In this document: positions 9,153 through 17,610 of the stretch, piece after piece
Numbering within the stretch: position 1 is the first letter of the stretch
How the letters are laid out: the number at the start of each line of letters is the position of its first letter
Origin: a virus
DNA length: 64,000 bases
IMG/VR virus record: IMGVR_UViG_3300025316_000011
Location: 1 to 64,000 of that record
Reading direction: 5' to 3' (one strand)
Notes under the pieces: generated by a model
The model's database searches: none
What the model was told of the DNA's origin: nothing
The model's input: only the letters and a program-made list of their open reading frames with translations
Made by a program: the position numbers and the translations under genes

Positions 9153-9208
9153 TAAGGCCCCGCCAAAACAACCGAGTAAATAATTTAAACCATTAAATAT
9201 ATAAAGCT

Positions 9209-9598
9209 ATGGACTACCAAGTAAATGCCGCTAAATTTGCCGAAAAACACGGAATTAAGTTATCCGTAATTGGTGAACCTGAATATAAAAGATATTGGGA
9301 GACCGACAAAGAACGCCGTTATGTATTCAAATTAAGATTATCCAGGAACGGGACTAAATTATTAACCTTAAAATCTAAATGTATGAAAAAGTTACTCAAA
9401 AATTACGATCTTAACTCTGATATGCAATACTTTGAATTAATTGTAATGTCAGCTTTTAACGGACAATGGAAACAGGCTAAAGACCAATTTAACGCCATGC
9501 CGCGGCAATACCGTAAAGACTTTATTAAAACCATTTGTTTCTACTGGCAATCCGGGTTAAGCCAACAAGATCAGGAAATGTTTATACAAATGTTATGA
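9209..9598 (+). CDS. hypothetical early protein (possibly a truncated gene running into a second gene starting at 9383)
   Basis: 129-aa ORF with an internal leader-like tract (attaaccttaaaatctaaatgtATG). Confidence 0.6.
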   Translation: MDYQVNAAKFAEKHGIKLSVIGEPEYKRYWETDKERRYVFKLRLSRNGTKLLTLKSKCMKKLLKNYDLNSDMQYFELIVMSAFNGQWKQAKDQFNAMPRQYRKDFIKTICFYWQSGLSQQDQEMFIQML

Positions 9599-9725
9599 GA
9601 CCCGAAACATTTAAGCAGCGATAATTATTTATTTTTGCCACCGTCATATTAACCGTAATTGCCTTATTTGGATATATAGTAATATTTTAAAACTGTAAAT
9701 ATTCACAATTAAAACCAACTGTAAA

Positions 9726-10274
9726 ATGAACGCAAAAAGAACCACCGCAGAAGTAACAGCCGAAGGAATGAACCAACTCAACCAATATTCCGTTAAACTG
9801 TTAAACCAACTATTGCCGCAGCTCCGCGGGATGATGGATAAAAAACTTTTCACCGTAACCGGTGAAAAATCCGCTACCCTTAAAAAATTAGTTCCTTTGC
9901 CCGACTTGTCAGGGAAAAAAGAAAATCCCGACAGATATATTAACTATTCATTTTATTTCAACAATTCAAATACCGGAGTATGGCTCAACGTTCGTGTTTG
10001 TATCAACGGAGGAAGTTATGATGTAAAGCCAAATACGGCATACACTCAATATTTTGATACCTCCTATTATGTAGGAACTTTAAAAGATGGTAAAATCCTT
10101 GAGTCCGTTCAGGATATTGAAAACATTATCCGCGACCACTCATTAGAAGTATTTTACACGGAGGAAAAAATTCAGGCCGATATCCGGGCCTATAACGAAG
10201 CAAAGAATAAAGCCAGGGATTTATATAACGCTATACCTTATATTATCCAAAAGGCAATGAATGTTACATTATAA
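9726..10274 (+). CDS. hypothetical early protein
   Basis: 182-aa ORF. Confidence 0.75.
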   Translation: MNAKRTTAEVTAEGMNQLNQYSVKLLNQLLPQLRGMMDKKLFTVTGEKSATLKKLVPLPDLSGKKENPDRYINYSFYFNNSNTGVWLNVRVCINGGSYDVKPNTAYTQYFDTSYYVGTLKDGKILESVQDIENIIRDHSLEVFYTEEKIQADIRAYNEAKNKARDLYNAIPYIIQKAMNVTL

Positions 10275-10525
10275 TCCCGTCAAAGTTATATGTCAGTAAC
10301 TTGTTTTTTAAGTGAAAAACACATCCCCGAAGAAGTAAAACAATCCCTGAAAGATATTTTAAAATCATTAAATTTCGTACTTTAAAACCCCGATAACCCA
10401 ACATTGACGGCCCCGTATATTCAATAGTATGCTAAACATCGGAACAGCTACGGGGACAAATAGAACAGTTAACCCAAATCATTTAACACTTAACTTTGTA
10501 AATTAAAGTAGTAAAATCATGATCC

Positions 10526-10699
10526 ATGAAAGATCGCCCGATGTACTCACCTGATTTATTAATAGAAGGCTTAGATCAAGTTTTTTCCGTCAGGACAGGG
10601 GAATTTATCGGATACAGGTCAAACGACCCCACAACGCAGGAAAACGGGCAAATTAACGAAGATAACGATATCCCAACAAATCAATTAACACTATTTTAA
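10526..10699 (+). CDS. 57-aa acidic protein ending in QLTLF (beta-clamp-binding-like motif)
   Basis: Translated by hand: MKDRPMYSPDLLIEG...DNDIPTNQLTLF; stop lies just before the next ATG. Confidence 0.6.
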   Translation: MKDRPMYSPDLLIEGLDQVFSVRTGEFIGYRSNDPTTQENGQINEDNDIPTNQLTLF

Positions 10700-10700
10700 A

Positions 10701-10907
10701 ATGGAAAAGCAAGTAATTATCCGGGGAGTAAAATACTCCATGAAAAAGACAGGTTACGGACAATATACCGTTACCAAAGAATTAAGCAAAAACCCTATTT
10801 CAGTTCATTCAACGGACAGTCAGACATTTGACTGGATGGATGATATTTCCAACTGTGAAAAAAACAGACAAGCCAAAAAATCTTTAACCAGAATGTTTAA
10901 AGACTAA
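10701..10907 (+). CDS. hypothetical early protein
   Basis: 68-aa ORF. Confidence 0.7.
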   Translation: MEKQVIIRGVKYSMKKTGYGQYTVTKELSKNPISVHSTDSQTFDWMDDISNCEKNRQAKKSLTRMFKD

Positions 10908-10911
10908 AGCT

Positions 10912-11049
10912 ATGAAAACAAAAAAACCAAAGACGACAAGAAACACGCCCCCAAAATCCGTAGGATGCCCCCGCGACATTACGGTTACATGCCCTTACAA
11001 TAACGGGCAGTACAGTGAATGCGGCCTCTGCAATATAAAAACCAAATAA
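10912..11049 (+). CDS. 45-aa basic protein with 4 Cys (possible zinc finger)
   Basis: Translated by hand: GCPRDITVTCPY...ECGLC. Confidence 0.45.
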   Translation: MKTKKPKTTRNTPPKSVGCPRDITVTCPYNNGQYSECGLCNIKTK

Positions 11050-11059
11050 AACAAACGAT

Positions 11060-11242
11060 ATGAAAGTATCAATAACTCTAACAGGAACAGCCGGTTGCCA
11101 ATGCGACCTTGTGGCAGACCTAAAAGCCATTGAAGAAGCCATTGATAAGGACGTGGAAACTTTAAAAGAATCCCAGGCTAAGGGAGGACACCGAACCTTT
11201 AAAGGTGCCGCCATTGAAGCTGAATTAATCTATATGCCCTGA
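11060..11242 (+). CDS. hypothetical protein
   Basis: 60-aa ORF. Confidence 0.6.
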   Translation: MKVSITLTGTAGCQCDLVADLKAIEEAIDKDVETLKESQAKGGHRTFKGAAIEAELIYMP

Positions 11243-11245
11243 TCT

Positions 11246-11455
11246 ATGTTACGGACAAAAGGATTACTCGCCAAATTTGACGGAATAGTAAAAAACCCGT
11301 CTTTTAATCCGGGGCAGAAACATGAAGCATTAATAAAAATCTTTTTAAAAGAAAAGGATAAAGCCCTAAACTATACATCCGTCTCGTTACGGATAAAGAA
11401 GATTAATTGGTTAGAACAAATAACTTTCAAATATCAACAAAAGATACAGCCATGA
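11246..11455 (+). CDS. hypothetical protein
   Basis: 69-aa ORF; ATGA overlap with the next gene. Confidence 0.6.
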   Translation: MLRTKGLLAKFDGIVKNPSFNPGQKHEALIKIFLKEKDKALNYTSVSLRIKKINWLEQITFKYQQKIQP

Positions 11456-11706
11456 TAACAGTTAAAATTCTTACCCTGATTCATCACCATGTCAATAAGA
11501 TAGCGGATAATATGATACCATTATCCGGGGAACTTTCATCCACAGGACACGCACTACTCGATTTAAAGGTAGAACCGAGCAACCCGCTTATCGCTGCACT
11601 ACAAAAAGCGACGGAGGATTACCTTAATCTTGCTGAACACATAGGGGAGATGAACAAAGCCCTTGCCAAGATCGAACAGGAAATTTTAACCGCAGAGCAC
11701 AACTAA
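11452..11706 (+). CDS. hypothetical helical protein
   Basis: Part of ORF 11407..11706; coupled ATG at 11452. Confidence 0.6.
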   Translation: MITVKILTLIHHHVNKIADNMIPLSGELSSTGHALLDLKVEPSNPLIAALQKATEDYLNLAEHIGEMNKALAKIEQEILTAEHN

Positions 11707-11747
11707 GTTTATTTTTATCAAATAGTACGTTTATATCATTTATGTAC

Positions 11748-11755
11748 TATATTTG
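11748..11755 (+). promoter_or_regulatory. Bacteroidota -7 promoter element
   Basis: TATATTTG in an intergenic gap; -33 element not evident. Confidence 0.5.
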
Positions 11756-11793
11756 CAAACTCTAAAGTAAATAATAACCCTAAATCAAAAGCC

Positions 11794-12417
11794 ATGACAG
11801 CAAAATTTTCAATTTTCAAATCAGAAATCGTAAAAAGATGCAAGGACCAAAATGCTTGCAAACCGGAATTTAAAAGAATATTAGAATCGGGGACATTCCC
11901 TGATATTTTCGTAGTTCTTAAAGATAATTTCTTTTGGGCGATCAATCACGGAGTAATTGATGTTACCATCCTTGAATCTGTAAAAGGAGAGGCCGCAGAA
12001 TCAGCTGTTTTCGTAAATGAAAATGTTACCTACGGCTATTTGTTAGCAGGGGGCAATGCCACTGTGAAGGCATGGGACAATGCCACTGTGGAGGCAGGGG
12101 GCAATGCCACTGTGGAGGCAGGGGGCAATGCCACTGTGAAGGCATGGGACAATGCCACTGTGGAGGCAGGGGGCAATGCCACTGTGAAGGCATGGGACAA
12201 TGCCACTGTGGAGGCATGGGGCAATGCCACTGTGAAGGCATGGGGCAATGCCACTGTGAAGGCATGGGACAATGCCACTGTGGAGGCAGGGGGCAATGCG
12301 TTCATATCTTCATATTCACGCATTGAATGTAAAATCTCAGAGCATGCTATTTATCGGATTATTTCAACTAATGAAATAATGGTTGTTGACGGGTCATATA
12401 CTATTAAAACTGTTTAA
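11794..12417 (+). CDS. octapeptide-repeat (beta-solenoid-like) phage protein
   Basis: Ten ATV[KE]A[WG][DG]N repeats. Confidence 0.85.
   Translation: MTAKFSIFKSEIVKRCKDQNACKPEFKRILESGTFPDIFVVLKDNFFWAINHGVIDVTILESVKGEAAESAVFVNENVTYGYLLAGGNATVKAWDNATVEAGGNATVEAGGNATVKAWDNATVEAGGNATVKAWDNATVEAWGNATVKAWGNATVKAWDNATVEAGGNAFISSYSRIECKISEHAIYRIISTNEIMVVDGSYTIKTV
12046..12299 (+). repeat. 24-bp coding tandem repeat, about 10.5 copies
   Basis: GCCACTGTG[A/G]AGGCA[T/G]GGG[A/G]CAAT units. Confidence 0.95.
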
Positions 12418-12418
12418 T

Positions 12419-12841
12419 ATGTCAGCCCAGGAAATTTATTCACTCATAGAGAAGATTCAAACCGACCTTGATATAGTCAAAAGAGAGATAGGCTCAAACC
12501 TGACAAGTCAGGAGACTATCAAGATGATGGTATGTGAATACTTCAACATAACCAAAGACGATTTAGAATCGAAAAGCCGTAAAAGGGATACAAGCGTAAT
12601 CCCGCGACAGTTCTTTTATTTATTTTCAAGAGCATTACTTAATGTATCCCTTAAAAGATTAGGTATAGAAGCAGGTAATAAATGCCATGCCACCGCCTTA
12701 TCAGGCATATCAACCATTTGTGGCATACTCAACTCCGGGGACAGAACAGCGATGTTCCAATTTGAAGGGATACTCAAAGCCGCTGAACAACTGGGGTACG
12801 ATTCAATGACAGTACGTAAATTTGTAAGAGCCACAAAATGA
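12419..12841 (+). CDS. DnaA C-terminal (domain IV-like HTH) protein
   Basis: VCEYFNIT...KSRKR...PRQFFYL...SLKRLG...NKCHATAL. Confidence 0.8.
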   Translation: MSAQEIYSLIEKIQTDLDIVKREIGSNLTSQETIKMMVCEYFNITKDDLESKSRKRDTSVIPRQFFYLFSRALLNVSLKRLGIEAGNKCHATALSGISTICGILNSGDRTAMFQFEGILKAAEQLGYDSMTVRKFVRATK

Positions 12842-13086
12842 AAAAGGTTAAATGTATTGTCGTTACACGTAATGACCTTAAACCGGGCTTCCGGGCAATA
12901 AAATTTAAAGACGTTAATCCGTATTCATTTACGGATAACGTAACTAAATGGATGGATGCGGCGGAAATAGTCATCTATGTCAATTCCGCAGACGATCAGC
13001 AGGTACCAGATAAACGTAGCAAGGTACTTAAAACTATTCCGGGGTCACTCTACGGCTGGATAATTCCCAGTCCAAAGTGTGTATAA
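12838..13086 (+). CDS. hypothetical protein
   Basis: 82-aa coupled ORF. Confidence 0.65.
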   Translation: MKKVKCIVVTRNDLKPGFRAIKFKDVNPYSFTDNVTKWMDAAEIVIYVNSADDQQVPDKRSKVLKTIPGSLYGWIIPSPKCV

Positions 13087-13099
13087 CTGTAAAACTATT

Positions 13100-13270
13100 A
13101 TGACAACGGCAGAAAAGAGGTTAGCCCTGATAAGGCGGGAGATTCAGCTACTTGACAATGACAGAAGAAAATCCGCCACAGGAACCATAACCATCATTAA
13201 GCGGTATATCAATGCTAATGATAAAAGAACAGACGAATACTACGAAGCATCATTTGGAAAAGTAAACTAA
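13100..13270 (+). CDS. hypothetical protein
   Basis: Part of ORF 13079..13270; ATG at 13100. Confidence 0.55.
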   Translation: MTTAEKRLALIRREIQLLDNDRRKSATGTITIIKRYINANDKRTDEYYEASFGKVN

Positions 13271-13272
13271 TC

Positions 13273-13692
13273 ATGGACTACATAGAATCAACTGTCACGT
13301 TTCAGCAATTCAGGGGAGATTTGTTGCCTATTTTTAGCGACGGAGACTTACAGGCAGCATATAATGACCTGTTATACGTCTTATCCTCCAATATGCGTTT
13401 CGAGATCACCGGAGAGCCTGTTACGTGGCAGTTAATCCTAAATCAATATTCCGCCCACATAGCCCAATGGAACTTTTACTTTAAAAAGTCGGAAGCCTCC
13501 GGTTATCTCCAAGGGAAAGACAGGGCAAAGAGATTAGAGATTCAGCAGTTCATCGAAAAAAGAGCATGGAACAAAGATTATATCATCCATAAAGGATCTT
13601 CCGAACGTGACGAATACCTTTTTGGTAAACTACCAGTAGATAACCTAAAATACCAGCTAAATGCGTTCAGACAAAAGTTCCATAAAGTTTAA
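13273..13692 (+). CDS. hypothetical protein upstream of the helicase (possible replication initiator/loader)
   Basis: 139-aa ORF; functional guess from position only. Confidence 0.6.
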   Translation: MDYIESTVTFQQFRGDLLPIFSDGDLQAAYNDLLYVLSSNMRFEITGEPVTWQLILNQYSAHIAQWNFYFKKSEASGYLQGKDRAKRLEIQQFIEKRAWNKDYIIHKGSSERDEYLFGKLPVDNLKYQLNAFRQKFHKV

Positions 13693-15190
13693 GCCCGTTG
13701 TCATTGACGATACCAACAAGCCCATGCCACACGATAATAAGGTGGAATCGGCTATACTTGGCGCGATAATGGTGGAACCTGAAACGGCAGCAGCCAAACA
13801 GGTACTTTCAGTTATGAAAGCGGAACACTTTTACCTGGTGAAAAACCAATACATGTGTAATGCTATCCTGTCATTGCATCATAAGGATACTGTTATTGAT
13901 ATTATTACCGTTACCGCTGAACTTAGGGATACAGGCAGACTTAATGAAGTTGACGGACCCTACGGAGTAACCACATACACTGATGGAGTAAGTTCTTCCA
14001 CCTCCGTTAGCACATGGTTCCATACGGCCCTTTACCCGTTATTTATCCGTAGAAAACTCATTGAGATAAGCCAACGGATGATGGACAAGTCCTACGAAGG
14101 GACCATAGACTTCATTGACTTACTTGATGATTCAATAGATGAATTATCCCTTTGCCGCCCGGAGAATATGTATAAAAAAGTTCATTCCGCCAAATCAGCG
14201 GGTGATGAATTTCTCCGGGAAATGGGACTTTCGGATGATTCGGCGGCAGAAGAAGAAGTGTTAAGTACCGTTAAAAAGTATCTTACCGGACACAAGCAAT
14301 TTGATGATATAGTATCTATCTGTGCTGACAAGATCATGCTTGCAGCTTCTCATAAGGCAGGGTTAAAATCCAGGTTCACCAATCACCTGATAACTACCTT
14401 GGCAGAAAAGTACCCTAATGAAATCGCTTGCTATTGGGTATCATTAGAAGATTCAGCAAAGGAACAGCTGAGGATATATCTTTCTTCAAAGGTTTTCCTC
14501 CGCCCCGAAAGCATAAAGTTCCGCTTGTTCGATAAGATTTTCAACCCCGAACTATCCAAATGGGTGAAAGTATGGCAATCCTTTGATATTAAGATAAGAG
14601 ATCAGTCCATGAAGATAAAAGATATAGGAACCGCTTTTAAACAGTTTTGCGCTGAACGGACGGGGAAACTCTGTATCTTAATAATTGACAACGTGCTATC
14701 TTTGGATGATCGTAACGACTTCAAATATGACCCTAACCAAATGTATGACTACATAGGTAACGAAATACTTGAAATAAAAAGACAAACTCATGCATTGATT
14801 ATTCCTGTTCATCATTATAACGACGACGCGAGCAACAAATCAGAATTGAGTAATGGATACAGACCCCGCTTAGTAAATTTAAAAGGTACGGAGGTTTGGA
14901 AACGTGTAGCTTTTCAAACATTACTCATTAACTATCCTCGATACTATAAAGACTTATTAAGCCAATACTCCGGGGACCAAAAAGAAGTGTTACAGAATGT
15001 ATGGATACTTGACGTTGCTACCAATCGTGGTCATTCAGAAAGAGATGAAGAAAGCCTTATAAGGTTTTTCGTGGAACCTGACTTTTGCCTGTTTGAAGAA
15101 ATTGATAGCACTTTTGAAATGCCACAAGTCGAAGCACCATCAGACGTGATATATCCCAATGCCAATTTTGATAACCAACCCCCATTTTAA
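13661..15190 (+). CDS. DnaB-like replicative helicase with an atypical Walker A
   Basis: DnaB N-domain (PHDNKVESAILGAIM...HFY...IDIITV); RecA-fold motifs SLED, LIIIDNV, RP; P-loop reads AASHKAGLKS. Confidence 0.85.
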   Translation: MRSDKSSIKFKPVVIDDTNKPMPHDNKVESAILGAIMVEPETAAAKQVLSVMKAEHFYLVKNQYMCNAILSLHHKDTVIDIITVTAELRDTGRLNEVDGPYGVTTYTDGVSSSTSVSTWFHTALYPLFIRRKLIEISQRMMDKSYEGTIDFIDLLDDSIDELSLCRPENMYKKVHSAKSAGDEFLREMGLSDDSAAEEEVLSTVKKYLTGHKQFDDIVSICADKIMLAASHKAGLKSRFTNHLITTLAEKYPNEIACYWVSLEDSAKEQLRIYLSSKVFLRPESIKFRLFDKIFNPELSKWVKVWQSFDIKIRDQSMKIKDIGTAFKQFCAERTGKLCILIIDNVLSLDDRNDFKYDPNQMYDYIGNEILEIKRQTHALIIPVHHYNDDASNKSELSNGYRPRLVNLKGTEVWKRVAFQTLLINYPRYYKDLLSQYSGDQKEVLQNVWILDVATNRGHSERDEESLIRFFVEPDFCLFEEIDSTFEMPQVEAPSDVIYPNANFDNQPPF

Positions 15191-15258
15191 AAATATATTT
15201 TATTACTTTTGTTGCTTTTATGAATTAATGTTGTATATTTATCAAAAATTTGTATCCC

Positions 15259-16203
15259 ATGGGAACACAGACCACAGAAACAGTTAAAGGATGGAAAGTC
15301 TTTGACAAAGATTTAAAATGTCGTAACTTTCAATTTAAAGTAGGTGAAACATTTGTTGAAAAAGGGAACCCTTCACTTTGCCACAATGGATTCCACTTCC
15401 ACACACATTCATCTCATTTATTCAACTATTACAATTTCTCAACGGACAACCGGGTTTGTGAGATTGAAGCACATGGTTATGTTGAAAATGGAGATGATAA
15501 ATCATGTTGTTGCACAATTAAAATTGTTCGTGAATTAACATGGGATGAAGTTTTAAGATTAATCAATACAGGCAGTGGGAACACGGGTAAAAATAATACC
15601 GGGTACATGAATACAGGGGACAGGAATACCGGGTACAGGAATACAGGGGACATGAATACAGGGGACAGGAATACAGGGGACAGGAATACCGGGGACAGGA
15701 ATACCGGGGACATGAATACAGGGGACATGAATACAGGGGACAGGAATACCGGGTACATGAATACAGGGGACAGGAATACCGGGTACAGGAATACAGGGGA
15801 CATGAATACAGGGGACAGGAATACCGGGTACATGAATACAGGGGACATGAATACTACCGACTTTTCCGCAGGGATATTTAATACCGTAGAACAACCTACT
15901 GCTATTTTCAACGGTGCGGCAACGGTAATGATGTCTGAATTTCGCAACACAGGACAATACCGTGCTTTATTTTCATCTTCATTCACCCTTGTTGAATGGA
16001 TTTATGAAAGCAATATGACAGATCAGGAAAAAATTGATAACCCTAAATTTTATGTTGCCGAAGGTTATCTTAAAAAAAGATCATTCAAAGAAGCATGTGA
16101 ATTATGGTGGAAGAATATGTCGGAGGAAAATAAAACCCTGGTGAAATCAATCCCAGGATTCACCACTTCAATATTCACAGAAGTAACAGGTATCAAATTA
16201 TAA
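15259..16203 (+). CDS. phage pentapeptide (NTGxx) repeat protein
   Basis: N-terminal KGWKVFDKDLKCRNFQF...CHNGFHF domain, 17 NTG[DY][RM] repeats, C-terminal GYLK...W...IPGF...F.EVTGI domain. Confidence 0.9.
   Translation: MGTQTTETVKGWKVFDKDLKCRNFQFKVGETFVEKGNPSLCHNGFHFHTHSSHLFNYYNFSTDNRVCEIEAHGYVENGDDKSCCCTIKIVRELTWDEVLRLINTGSGNTGKNNTGYMNTGDRNTGYRNTGDMNTGDRNTGDRNTGDRNTGDMNTGDMNTGDRNTGYMNTGDRNTGYRNTGDMNTGDRNTGYMNTGDMNTTDFSAGIFNTVEQPTAIFNGAATVMMSEFRNTGQYRALFSSSFTLVEWIYESNMTDQEKIDNPKFYVAEGYLKKRSFKEACELWWKNMSEENKTLVKSIPGFTTSIFTEVTGIKL
15595..15849 (+). repeat. 15-bp coding tandem repeat, 17 copies
   Basis: AATAC[A/C]GGG[G/T]ACA[G/T]G units. Confidence 0.95.
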
Positions 16204-16215
16204 AACCAATCAACC

Positions 16216-16764
16216 ATGTCAACCGATAAAGATTTACTCAATGAATTGTTTGCCCTGACCACTGATTTGGTCAATGTTTTAATTAGTGACAAACTGGAAC
16301 TTGCCAGAAGATTTGTTGCACTTGAAACAAAGATTAAGGACGTAAATAAAGTATCTGAAAGGGTAGAACAATCAAAACCCGATCTTTTTGCGAAACAACC
16401 CGCACAGCCACAAAATCATGTTCCGGCACAACCCGCGGCACAACATGAAACAGTTAGGATGCGGCCAGCACAGGAAGAAGAACCTGCTCCGTGGGAATTA
16501 CCTGAAAAGCCATTAAGTAATGACCCGCTGAAACCTGGTAATTCTGACAATGCTATCAGTTCCTTTGACGAACTGCCTGATCCCCCAAATCAGAAGAAGG
16601 TTAACCCTCCCATGAACGATATGCCGTGGGAACGTAGTTCTACGATGCCAATGGGGAAACAGCCCATTGCCAAACCTCCGCAACACAGGATTCCTCCCCA
16701 ACACCCTCCATTGACAAGTACAGACATTTTCGATGAACCAAAAGGAGATGGATTGCCATTTTAA
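16216..16764 (+). CDS. coiled-coil plus Pro-rich disordered protein ending DGLPF
   Basis: 182-aa ORF with an SSB-tail-like C-terminus. Confidence 0.75.
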   Translation: MSTDKDLLNELFALTTDLVNVLISDKLELARRFVALETKIKDVNKVSERVEQSKPDLFAKQPAQPQNHVPAQPAAQHETVRMRPAQEEEPAPWELPEKPLSNDPLKPGNSDNAISSFDELPDPPNQKKVNPPMNDMPWERSSTMPMGKQPIAKPPQHRIPPQHPPLTSTDIFDEPKGDGLPF

Positions 16765-16775
16765 TACTTATCCCT

Positions 16776-17030
16776 ATGACCACGGCAGAAGAATATTTAA
16801 CTCAAGTAAGCATGGATAAACCACTTCATGCTGTAATGGAAGATTTTGCTGAAATAAGAGCCATTGACCTTATCAAATGGTACGCAGGAATGAGTGAAGA
16901 AAGAGCAAAAGAAGAATACGACAAATATATCCGATTAGCAAAACAATTAACATTTAAACCCTTAAAATCATGTCCAGAAGAAAACAATTCAGCCCCCCGG
17001 CGAATGAGGTTAACAGCCTTGAGAAAATGA
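16776..17030 (+). CDS. hypothetical protein
   Basis: 84-aa ORF. Confidence 0.55.
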   Translation: MTTAEEYLTQVSMDKPLHAVMEDFAEIRAIDLIKWYAGMSEERAKEEYDKYIRLAKQLTFKPLKSCPEENNSAPRRMRLTALRK

Positions 17031-17485
17031 AAAAGAACGTTGAATGGATGGAACTCACCATCCGCAGAAACGCAGCGCAGAAAACGTTGATGGGAACCGC
17101 CATTGACGAAAGGATAAACGCGTGGATTGATATCGAGATAAATATCGAGAAAAGTCACCCCGAAGCCCTGCTTGCCATACAGGAGGAACGTAACAACTTC
17201 CTTGGGCAGATCGATATGGACCCGAAGGATTACGAAGGAATGCTTCATAAAGACATTGAGGGTCGTGAACCGGAACCGAAGAAAGACCCGTCAGAAGCAT
17301 TACACGCTATCCATAGCGACATCGAATCTCATGCAATCCCTCCACCGGAAGATGAACCGTTTCCAGAATTGGAGATGGAACCCGATGTAGAACACCCGGA
17401 AGCAAGAGTATTAAAAATCTCCGAAAGCCACAGCGACCAGGTAATTGACATTGCCAATGCAGACCCCGACAAAACAGGGGAATAA
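16970..17485 (+). CDS. acidic hypothetical protein
   Basis: 171-aa ORF with AT-rich leader. Confidence 0.75.
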   Translation: MSRRKQFSPPANEVNSLEKMKKNVEWMELTIRRNAAQKTLMGTAIDERINAWIDIEINIEKSHPEALLAIQEERNNFLGQIDMDPKDYEGMLHKDIEGREPEPKKDPSEALHAIHSDIESHAIPPPEDEPFPELEMEPDVEHPEARVLKISESHSDQVIDIANADPDKTGE

Positions 17486-17492
17486 GAGTAAA

Positions 17493-17578
17493 GGGGGAAT
17501 AACGAATGATGGCGGGTCCTGCCATAGTGCATTGACTTCGTTAGTTGGATTCCGTGAGTTCGATTCTCACTTCCCCCG
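17493..17578 (+). ncRNA. tRNA-like element (acceptor stem plus T-arm, no anticodon arm)
   Basis: GGGGGAA/TTCCCCC 7-bp stem, T8A9, GTGAG-TTCGATT-CTCAC T-arm; fills the intergenic gap. Confidence 0.65.
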
Positions 17579-17610
17579 CAAAGAATTTAACCTTTAAAAT
17601 CAATAAACAA

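Noticed and set aside
12026-12326. Cys/His-rich alternative-frame ORFs (GQCHC and QWHCP repeats) and a possible CRISPR-like array
   Set aside because: By-products of a stop-free 24-bp coding repeat; there are no unique spacers
15477-15986. Antisense ORFs over the NTG repeat
   Set aside because: Shadow frames of the 15-bp repeat
17493-17578. Calling this a canonical tRNA or tRNA-Sec
   Set aside because: No anticodon stem-loop can be formed
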